From the IMG/VR virus record IMGVR_UViG_3300044454_000036, positions 1-39,227 of that record: a stretch of 39,227 nt of DNA. One strand, given 5' to 3'. Made by a program: the position numbers and the translations under genes. The stretch comes from a virus. Its lineage: Duplodnaviria; Caudoviricetes. The notes under the pieces are model-generated. The model had not been told where the DNA came from. It ran no database searches and was given only the letters and a program-made list of their open reading frames with translations. Each line of letters begins with the position of its first letter. Position 1 is the first letter of the stretch. This document shows, one piece after another, positions 8,057 through 14,677 of the stretch.

Positions 8057-9051
8057 CCTTCGACTTCGACTACGTCGAGCCGACCTCGTGGGGGATATTG
8101 ACCACCCTCACCGTGCGCACCACCATCGACACCATCACCTCCCTCCCTGATGATGTCGTCCTCCTCACCCGCATGAACCTCATGAAGGAGTCCGAGAGGG
8201 AGCAGGTCGCCAAGCGCATCGGCGCTCTCATCGTGCCCCAGCAGAGCGCGACCCCTCAGGACTGGCGACGGCACCTAGAGTGGGCCACCGTCATCCTCAA
8301 CTCCCAACTCCAGAAGTCGGTCCCCACCATGGACATGTCCGGTGAGGTCATGACCGAGCGGCGCAAGTTCCTCATCGACGGCCTGCTCGCTCAGGGCAAA
8401 GCGAACATCCTGTACGGCCCCGGAGGCGCAGGCAAGTCCGTGCTGGCGGTGCGCATCGCGGCAGCCGTGGCCCATGGGGGCAACCTCTTCGGGTGGGCGG
8501 TCAGGGAGGAGGGCACGACCCTCTACCTCGACTGGGAGGACGACGCCACCACCATGGTCGAGCGCACGCACATGGTGGCCAAGGGCATGGGGCGCAGGGA
8601 CAACGTGCCCATCATCTACCAGTCCCTGCACGGCAAGGGACCCTACGAGCGGCACCACGCTGACGTGCTGTTCCACGTGAAACAGGACCCGAACATCAAG
8701 TTGGTCATCTTCGACAGCACGGCCATGGCCATGCACGGCAGCAGCGCAGGTGATGGAGCGGACGGGGCCATCAGGTTCTACTCGCTGGTGTCACAGATAC
8801 CGGCCACGGTGCTGCTCCTCGACCACCTGAGCAGCGACGACGTGAAGGCTGGCAGCGCAGCCAAGCCATACGGCTCTGTCTTCAAGGTCAACTCCGCACG
8901 CAACGTGTGGGAACATCGCCCATGGAACCCGCAGGCTGGGGTCACGGGCTTCACGCTCGTGCATCGCAAGACGAACGTCGGGCCACGCTTGCAGGACCGG
9001 GACGTGTCCGTGTCATGGGGAGCAGACGACGTGAGGTTCGATGACCTATGA
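7978..9051 (+). CDS. AAA_25/RepA-like SF4 DNA helicase
   Basis: Walker A YGPGGAGKS, LYLDWE, Walker B LVIFDS, LLDH, PYGSVF..NSAR; start is TTG 7978 after GAAAGGGG, or the frame is reached by frameshift. Confidence 0.88.
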   Translation: MLHAIEQTANGYRVGFKSDAGRAPYLTFDFDYVEPTSWGILTTLTVRTTIDTITSLPDDVVLLTRMNLMKESEREQVAKRIGALIVPQQSATPQDWRRHLEWATVILNSQLQKSVPTMDMSGEVMTERRKFLIDGLLAQGKANILYGPGGAGKSVLAVRIAAAVAHGGNLFGWAVREEGTTLYLDWEDDATTMVERTHMVAKGMGRRDNVPIIYQSLHGKGPYERHHADVLFHVKQDPNIKLVIFDSTAMAMHGSSAGDGADGAIRFYSLVSQIPATVLLLDHLSSDDVKAGSAAKPYGSVFKVNSARNVWEHRPWNPQAGVTGFTLVHRKTNVGPRLQDRDVSVSWGADDVRFDDL

Positions 9052-9215
9052 GCGAGTGCCGTGGCTGCCCACACGAGCCGCATAAGCACACGTGGGTGCG
9101 CATCTTCACCGAGGATGGCCAGCACGTGGTGCGTATCGAGTGCAGCGGCTGCCAGATGACCCCGTACGAGGTGCTGCTGAAGCGCTACGTGAGAAAGAGA
9201 GAGGCCCCGGTCTAG
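9048..9215 (+). CDS. Small Zn-binding protein (55 aa)
   Basis: ATGA overlap; MSECRGCPHEPHKHTW...IECSGCQ; not in the supplied ORF track. Confidence 0.7.
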   Translation: MSECRGCPHEPHKHTWVRIFTEDGQHVVRIECSGCQMTPYEVLLKRYVRKREAPV

Positions 9216-9223
9216 CCGGGGCC
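9192..9223 (-). terminator. Intrinsic terminator ending the late operon (possibly bidirectional)
   Basis: GGCCCCGG-CTAGA-CCGGGGCC stem followed by TCTCTCTTTCT on the - strand, at the convergence of the two arms. Confidence 0.75.
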
Positions 9224-9271
9224 CGCCTCTGAAAGGAGACACCGTGCGAGTCGTCTTCGCCCGGAGCCGAC
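9192..9271 (-). ncRNA. Candidate anti-Shine-Dalgarno small RNA
   Basis: Non-coding on the - strand; carries CACGGUGUCUCCUUUCAG just 5' of the terminator; TAGAGT -10-like box at 9276-9281. Confidence 0.4.
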
Positions 9272-9301
9272 GCTTACTCTACACGCTCAGTCAACCCTGC
9301 G

Positions 9302-9826
9302 CTACCGCCTGCGCCTGCGTACCACCATCTGTGCCTTGCGCTGGGTCACCGGACGCTTGCCTACGTTGGGCGTCCGCTTCGCCTTCGGCCTCGTGACCTT
9401 GGCCTTGGCCTTGGGCTTGGCCATTGTCTTTGCGTTGGCCTTGGGTGTCTTTGCGGCCACGGCAGCGGTCGGTGCCTCGACCATTCGGTACTGCTCCACA
9501 CCAGCAGGCCCGCTGGTCATGCCGACCCTCGTCACGCCGACCTTGCCACCACGAGTCGTGGTCTTGCGCGTGCGCTCAAGACCTAGTCCACGTGGTGCGA
9601 CCCCGCCCGTGCCAGCCTCGCTGGCCAGTTCGAACGACCTCGCTGCGCTTCCGCCATTACCAGTCACGGACTTGGCTGTCGGGCCGGGCGTGCCCTGCCT
9701 GCGTGAGCGCAGCAACTTCCTGCCGAAGGCGACCTTCTCCTTGCGGGTATCGACGCCCTTCGACTTGAGGTTCTGGCGGCGAGCCTGAGGCATGGACCTC
9801 CATGCCTTCAGGCCCTTCTTCACCAT
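9302..9826 (-). CDS. Highly basic K/R-rich protein (histone H1/protamine-like composition)
   Basis: AAKTPKANAKTMAKPKAKAKVTRPKAKR, ends RRRRR; few acidic residues. Confidence 0.75.
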   Translation of the reverse strand: MVKKGLKAWRSMPQARRQNLKSKGVDTRKEKVAFGRKLLRSRRQGTPGPTAKSVTGNGGSAARSFELASEAGTGGVAPRGLGLERTRKTTTRGGKVGVTRVGMTSGPAGVEQYRMVEAPTAAVAAKTPKANAKTMAKPKAKAKVTRPKAKRTPNVGKRPVTQRKAQMVVRRRRR

Positions 9827-9829
9827 GGC

Positions 9830-10240
9830 TTACGCCCGCTTCTTCATCATGGCGGCGGTCTGCTTGGCGGCGCGGTTCCTGACGACCTTGGTCGAGAGGT
9901 TGGGCTTGCGCGTGCGCAGGCCAGCCTTGATGGTGGTGCGGATGGCACGCCGCGTGGACTTGGCGTCCCCGTTCGTGGCAGCAGCCTTCTGGGCGAGGGT
10001 CGCCTTGCTGGTCGGGTTCTTGGAGCCGACCCGGTAGTTCGTGACGCCCTTCTTGCCGACCGTCGCCTTCATCTTGGTGGTCTTGCCAGAGAGCCCGCCC
10101 TTGAGGGCGTCGAACGTCTCCTGAGCGGACTTCATCTTGGGCATCGTGCGCTTCCCTTTCTGCTCCTTGTCCCAGCGAGCGGCGATGTCCGGGTGCTGGG
10201 CGTGCATGAAGGCCCGCTGTTTGGCAGACCTGTAGGGCAT
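9830..10240 (-). CDS. Basic protein with MPYxSxxQRxFMHAxHPxIAxRW N-terminal motif
   Basis: I recognise this motif from small conserved phage proteins; K/R/T-rich remainder. Confidence 0.75.
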   Translation of the reverse strand: MPYRSAKQRAFMHAQHPDIAARWDKEQKGKRTMPKMKSAQETFDALKGGLSGKTTKMKATVGKKGVTNYRVGSKNPTSKATLAQKAAATNGDAKSTRRAIRTTIKAGLRTRKPNLSTKVVRNRAAKQTAAMMKKRA

Positions 10241-10241
10241 A

Positions 10242-10373
10242 TCAGCCCTTCTTCTGTGGCCCCTTGGGGGCTGGCTTGGGTTCGGCCTTGGGCTTCAGGT
10301 CTGCCGTGGCCTGAGCAATCTTCTTCGGGTCCTTCTCCACGATGGAGTCGATGTAGTCCTGCGTCAGCGCCAT
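10242..10373 (-). CDS. Small K/P-rich protein (43 aa)
   Basis: MALTQDYIDSIVEKDPKKIAQATADLKPKAEPKPAPKGPQKKG fills the gap exactly. Confidence 0.7.
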   Translation of the reverse strand: MALTQDYIDSIVEKDPKKIAQATADLKPKAEPKPAPKGPQKKG

Positions 10374-10375
10374 GA

Positions 10376-10822
10376 CTACGTCCCGAGGCTGTAGGTGTAG
10401 TTGACGGCCTTGCCGACCTGATTGGCACCAGCCGCAGTCGCCTGCGTGAGTACCTGACCGACCGGCGCTGCGTTCGCGGCACCTGTAGCGGTACCCGGAC
10501 GGCAGCCTGCGAGGGTGAGGGCCAGTTCAGCGGCGACCCGCTGGGTGCCCACGATATTGGGGACGGTGACGGTGGCACGCAGCCCGGTCGGGACCTGAGC
10601 CACGAACTGGTCGGCACGCTCGGCGTACTTGACGCCGTACAGCCGGAAGGCTTCTCGCACCGCCCATTGCAGGTCGGTAGCGCTGGTCGGGGCCACGCCT
10701 GCGTCCCAGACAGCGGCTGGGAAGTTGGCGAGCGCCCCGGTCACGTACTCGTCGGGGAGCCCGACCTTGTTACCGGCCACCGCACAGGCGGTGGCGTCCG
10801 CTCCTGCTAGGAAGGAGCCCAT
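10376..10822 (-). CDS. PASTA-domain protein
   Basis: C-terminal VTVPNIVG....AAELAL..AG......PVGQVLTQ..AAG....KAVNYTYSLG matches the PASTA consensus. Confidence 0.75.
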   Translation of the reverse strand: MGSFLAGADATACAVAGNKVGLPDEYVTGALANFPAAVWDAGVAPTSATDLQWAVREAFRLYGVKYAERADQFVAQVPTGLRATVTVPNIVGTQRVAAELALTLAGCRPGTATGAANAAPVGQVLTQATAAGANQVGKAVNYTYSLGT

Positions 10823-10960
10823 CTACGCCTCACTTTCTTCTGGCGCTGGAGCCTCATCAGCGTCGTCTTCCGTGGGCTCATCGAGGAGCCCTTCATCAAC
10901 GGACAGCCCCTCGTCTGGGATGTCCATGCCGTGGTCGGCATCGGGTTCGTACTGGCTCAT
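10823..10960 (-). CDS. Small very acidic protein (45 aa)
   Basis: AGGAGG RBS, ATGA overlap; MSQYEPDADHGMDIPDEGLSVDEGLLDEPTEDDADEAPAPEESEA. Confidence 0.7.
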   Translation of the reverse strand: MSQYEPDADHGMDIPDEGLSVDEGLLDEPTEDDADEAPAPEESEA

Positions 10961-11196
10961 GCGTTGCCCTCCTTGGCTGCCGTGACCGCCGCCTCGTGTG
11001 AAGCAGGGCTCCAGACGTTGGCGCGGATGATGAGCATGGTGATGAGCATAGACAGGACGGTCCACGCTGCAAGCAGCATGGCCTCGACCTCGCTGGCCAG
11101 TTCGTCCGTCCACCCGAACGAGATGGCCATGAGGGGGATGAGCGTGGAGATGAACGTCCCCACGGCTCCGATAAGGATGGCTGGTTCTGTCTTCAC
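10957..11196 (-). CDS. Holin-like 2-TM protein
   Basis: AAAGGAGG RBS with GTG; KTEPAILIG...FGW...IRANVWSPA resembles actinophage holins. Confidence 0.75.
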   Translation of the reverse strand: MKTEPAILIGAVGTFISTLIPLMAISFGWTDELASEVEAMLLAAWTVLSMLITMLIIRANVWSPASHEAAVTAAKEGNA

Positions 11197-11540
11197 TCTT
11201 CCTCCTTTGGCGGGCGTGGATGTCGTAGCAGCAGGTAGATGGCGGTGGCGAGCAGCGCCCCTCTGGCGAGTATCGCACCCATCTCCACGATGAAGTCGTC
11301 CTTCGATGTAAGACCGACGCCCGTGATGATGTTGGCGATGCCCAGCATCAGCAGCGTGGTGGCGATGACAAGGCCATGCTCGGAGTTGTTCCTGAGACGC
11401 TTGTCCCTGAAGTCGGTGTTGCGGAAGAGGCGGTAGGAGATGAATACCCCCCACCCGAACACGACCGTCACGAAGACTGGCAAGAGGATGAGCAGGTGCC
11501 CCTTGCCGTCGAACTCCCCAATCATCAGGTCTTCCATCAC
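11193..11540 (-). CDS. 3-TM membrane protein of the lysis cassette
   Basis: Three hydrophobic segments; coupled to both neighbours. Confidence 0.7.
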   Translation of the reverse strand: MMEDLMIGEFDGKGHLLILLPVFVTVVFGWGVFISYRLFRNTDFRDKRLRNNSEHGLVIATTLLMLGIANIITGVGLTSKDDFIVEMGAILARGALLATAIYLLLRHPRPPKEEE

Positions 11541-11731
11541 TCCCTCCCACCCTTGCCGTACCGCACGATGAGAGCAGGGATAAGCGGCGAGAGTACCGCC
11601 GCGAGTAGAGCCATCAGGGCAGGCTCAAGTTCGCCATCGGCCAAGATGTCGATGACCGCCACGATGGCGACGGCGACAACGGCGATGATGGCAGCCAGCC
11701 CGAGGGCGTCGATGTCGTCATCCACATGCAC
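11537..11731 (-). CDS. 2-TM holin-like protein
   Basis: ALGLAAIIAVVAVAIVAVI...ALMALLAAVLSPLIPALIV, basic C-terminus; directly after the endolysin; start uncertain. Confidence 0.65.
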   Translation of the reverse strand: MHVDDDIDALGLAAIIAVVAVAIVAVIDILADGELEPALMALLAAVLSPLIPALIVRYGKGGRE

Positions 11732-11739
11732 ATCTTGAC

Positions 11740-12336
11740 CTATCGCTTCTGACCCCCACCGAAGACCCCGGCGTAGCAACGCCCGCGTGCCCCAGCGAAG
11801 GCTTCCATTGACTCCACGATGATGGAGCGCTTGACCCAGCGCTCACCCTGAGGGATGCCCTCACGTCGCGCATCGTCCAAGGAGTCGTACAGCAGCCACT
11901 CGATGTCGTCCCCCCGACCCCGCTCATCGAACACGGAGATGGAGTGCCCGCCTGTGTAGTACGGGTCGCCAGTCTTGTTGGCGAGTTGGTTGAACTTGCC
12001 GTAGTGGATGCAGAGCAGCACGCCCTTGCCCGAGGAAACGGCGGTCTTCACGTCCCCGACGAACGACTTGATGAAGAGGCGCAGCGGCTTGCGCCCACGT
12101 GGGGTGTAAGCCTCGATGCCCCGCTGCAGGTCGTAGATGTTCGTCTTCTGGGGCCCGCTCACCCCGGCCTTGGCGCGGAAGTGGCTCACCGATGGGAGCA
12201 GTTCGCCATGAGTGAGCGCGTCGATGCCGTGAAGCGATGCCCGAGGCCCGCAGTCACGTGCGCCCTTGGTCTTACCGGGCACGGGGATGGCCCCCTTGCC
12301 GTTGAGTTGCTTCTGGAACTTGGGTCTGTACTCCAT
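11740..12336 (-). CDS. Putative endolysin, papain-like C39 peptidase
   Basis: Q..DCGP (Cys), GGHSISV (His), LYDS (Asp) catalytic order; upstream of holin-like genes. Confidence 0.75.
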   Translation of the reverse strand: MEYRPKFQKQLNGKGAIPVPGKTKGARDCGPRASLHGIDALTHGELLPSVSHFRAKAGVSGPQKTNIYDLQRGIEAYTPRGRKPLRLFIKSFVGDVKTAVSSGKGVLLCIHYGKFNQLANKTGDPYYTGGHSISVFDERGRGDDIEWLLYDSLDDARREGIPQGERWVKRSIIVESMEAFAGARGRCYAGVFGGGQKR

Positions 12337-12344
12337 CGTGCCCC

Positions 12345-13952
12345 CTATGTCTGAGTCCATCTGCGCCGGTACAGTTCACCGGGGTTCCATTGTGTCCCAT
12401 CCCACCGCCGACGTTCCAGCGTGACCACCGTGAGATAGGTGTCCCCATAGACATCGCTCACCGCAGCGCTCGTGCCCTGCAGGCCCAACCCCACCGTCAG
12501 GGTGGCGTCCACGGACGAGATGGCTTCGGCCAAGGCTTCCAGCGACCGCAGTTTCTGGACGCTTGCGAGCCCCGTAGCGTCACTCAGAGCGGCGCTTGCC
12601 CCCAGAAGTGACCTCTCCCTAAGGAACGCGCCTGTCGCGGCTCCTGAGGCCGCTGCGGACGCTGCTAGGGCACGGTACTTGGTGGCGTTGGCGGATGCGG
12701 TGGCCGTCTCGGTCGCCGTGCCAGCCAGAGCCCTGCTGCGAGCCCTGAACAGGGCGGCGTCAGCCGTGCTGGCAGCATCTGACGTACCGGCCAGCGGCTT
12801 GAGGTTCCCGGCCTCCTTGGTGACTGCGGCGTTGCCATCAGCGACCGTCGCAGACGTGCCAGCGATACCGCGCACGCGGGTGACGGCAGCCGTGCCGACA
12901 GCGACAGCATCGGACGTACCGGCGATGGGGTTCAGGGCGGTCAGCGGAGCGTTCGGAGTGGCAGCGACAGCAGCCGACGTACCGGCCAGCGCCCGAGGGA
13001 GCCCGACCGACCCGGACGCATCAGCGGCAGCGGCAGACGTACCGGCAAGGACCAGCGCCTTGACGTGCTGGCCCGTCCCCGTGGCGACCGCATCGCTCGT
13101 GCCTGCCAGCCCGCGTGTTCGTGTGGGGCCAGCCAGCGTGGCATCGCTCGCCTCTGCACCCGTAGCCGCTATGCCACGGCCACGTGTGACGGCCCCATCG
13201 CCCGTGGCCGCTGCATCTGACGTGCCTGCAAGGGCCTCGATGACGACGGCCTGCACGCGCAGGCGCGTGACCCATGCGGAGCCAGAGTCAGCGATGTTGA
13301 GCGTGCCGGTGACGACAGCCGCTGCGCTGGACGTGCCAGCCGTGGCCAGTCGGTTGCAGCCGTCAGCCTCGATGTCGTTGCTGGTGGAGTCGGAGAGGGC
13401 GGTGGCCGGGTACTCCGTCACCGTGTCGAGCGTCAGGCCCGCCTGCGTGACCGTGGGCACGGTCATCGTGTTGTTGTCGTTGCCGACCGCGAAGGCGTCC
13501 AGCATGTCGCCAGACGTGGCGCTGATGTGCGACGACATCGTGGCCGATATGGCGGTCGAAGACGCGAAGGCGCCGCCCGCACCCTCTGGCGTCACCCAGT
13601 TCTCAGAGGCGCCCTTGCTGTACGAGACGGCGACCGCGCAGCCGGGAGTGGCCGAGACGGTGGCGTGGAAGGTGACGACCGGGTTCGGCTCTGACGAGGA
13701 GGCCGCTTCCTTGTAGAAGAGAGCGACGACGACGCCACCTCCACCGTTGGAGGAGGCGCCGCCGCTGTCGTAGTACTGGCCGAGTTTCGTCCACCCTGAG
13801 GTAGCGCAGGTGATGCTGCCGGGGACCGTCGCGTGCTTCATCCCGGCCCGGACGAGCAGCATGTCCCCCGCGCTGTGCGCGGGCAGCGTGACCGTCTGGG
13901 TCGTGGCGTTTACAGCGGCCCATGCGCCTGCGGTGCCGTCAGAGATGGCCAT
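12345..13952 (-). CDS. Virion structural protein (fibre/spike-like) with Ala/Thr-rich repeats
   Basis: N-terminal beta-sandwich-like region (GDMLLV..GWTKL) followed by LAGTS repeats. Confidence 0.75.
   Translation of the reverse strand: MAISDGTAGAWAAVNATTQTVTLPAHSAGDMLLVRAGMKHATVPGSITCATSGWTKLGQYYDSGGASSNGGGGVVVALFYKEAASSSEPNPVVTFHATVSATPGCAVAVSYSKGASENWVTPEGAGGAFASSTAISATMSSHISATSGDMLDAFAVGNDNNTMTVPTVTQAGLTLDTVTEYPATALSDSTSNDIEADGCNRLATAGTSSAAAVVTGTLNIADSGSAWVTRLRVQAVVIEALAGTSDAAATGDGAVTRGRGIAATGAEASDATLAGPTRTRGLAGTSDAVATGTGQHVKALVLAGTSAAAADASGSVGLPRALAGTSAAVAATPNAPLTALNPIAGTSDAVAVGTAAVTRVRGIAGTSATVADGNAAVTKEAGNLKPLAGTSDAASTADAALFRARSRALAGTATETATASANATKYRALAASAAASGAATGAFLRERSLLGASAALSDATGLASVQKLRSLEALAEAISSVDATLTVGLGLQGTSAAVSDVYGDTYLTVVTLERRRWDGTQWNPGELYRRRWTQT
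12440..13235 (-). repeat. About 13 degenerate ~20-aa coding repeats (xLAGTSxAxAxxxxAx)
   Basis: ALAGTSDAAA, GLAGTSDAVA, VLAGTSAAAA, PIAGTSDAVA, PLAGTSDAAS and others; boundaries approximate. Confidence 0.8.
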
Positions 13953-13960
13953 GGGCTAGG

Positions 13961-14377
13961 TCAGTCGAGAGTGATGTCGAGGTCACCGATGGCGAAGGAC
14001 GCCGTGTCCCCGATGTCGATGGCCTTGGGCGTGGTGATGGGACCCCAGATGAGCAGGTTGCCAGCCGTGTTGGCGTCGAAGATGCCCCACCAGCCGACCG
14101 TTCCCCATGCGGCGGTGGCCTGCACGAAGGGGATGGACGTGCCGTTGCTCTTCAGCGTCGGGTTGGTGCCCGAAGCCGCTGGGAAGTTGGTGCTGTTGTT
14201 GGTGATGTCGGCACGGTCGTACGCCGTACCAGACGTGCTGACCTCGGTGCCGCCGCCAGCATCGCTGGGCGTGGCCGTGAAGAGGCCGAGATAGAGCGTG
14301 GTCGGGATGGTGTACGCCGTGTTGGAGAAGATGAGGTCGAGAACCTTCTTCTCCAAGTAGTCGCTGAAGCCTGCCAT
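13961..14377 (-). CDS. Conserved phage tail/tail-fibre-associated structural protein
   Basis: SDYLE..VLD...LYLGLFTA.P.D.GGGTEVS...Y.R...F..ATA.WGTV...GIFDA.T.GNLL..G.L...GD...F..G.L.ITLD. Confidence 0.8.
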   Translation of the reverse strand: MAGFSDYLEKKVLDLIFSNTAYTIPTTLYLGLFTATPSDAGGGTEVSTSGTAYDRADITNNSTNFPAASGTNPTLKSNGTSIPFVQATAAWGTVGWWGIFDANTAGNLLIWGPITTPKAIDIGDTASFAIGDLDITLD

Positions 14378-14386
14378 TGGTACCTC

Positions 14387-14668
14387 CTATGCCGGTGGGG
14401 CGTATTGCTCGGCAGCCGCTACCTGTCCGGCCAGACGTGCGTCGTATCTGGCGACGGCCTCCGGGTAGCGTGCTGCTGTGATGATGGTGCGTAGGCGAGC
14501 GTTGTACTCGCTGATGTCGTCATGGGGGTCAACGATACGCAAGTGGCTCTTCTCGCTGGCGTCCCCCTCTTCATCCACGATGCGCGTGATGCGCTCGACG
14601 CGGACGCAGGCGTACTCGTCGCAGAAGACGCGCCAGATGATGTCCTTGCGGACGATGATGTCGGTCAC
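14387..14668 (-). CDS. Tail-fibre-associated small protein (chaperone-like)
   Basis: VRV...T.I.....E.S..HLR..P..DIS......R.I..A.....V..Y pattern typically follows YxEGxWTP fibres. Confidence 0.6.
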   Translation of the reverse strand: MTDIIVRKDIIWRVFCDEYACVRVERITRIVDEEGDASEKSHLRIVDPHDDISEYNARLRTIITAARYPEAVARYDARLAGQVAAAEQYAPPA

Positions 14669-14677
14669 GCACGCCTC

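Noticed and set aside
9244-9396. 50-codon + strand ORF behind a perfect SD
   Set aside because: Lies after the terminator hairpin, runs antisense into the 174-aa gene and has poor codon usage; kept only as the alternative to the sRNA hypothesis
12440-13235. Repeats resembling a CRISPR array
   Set aside because: Degenerate in-frame coding repeats with no identical direct repeats or unique spacers; the Cas4-like nuclease sits with a Rad52-type annealase, indicating recombination
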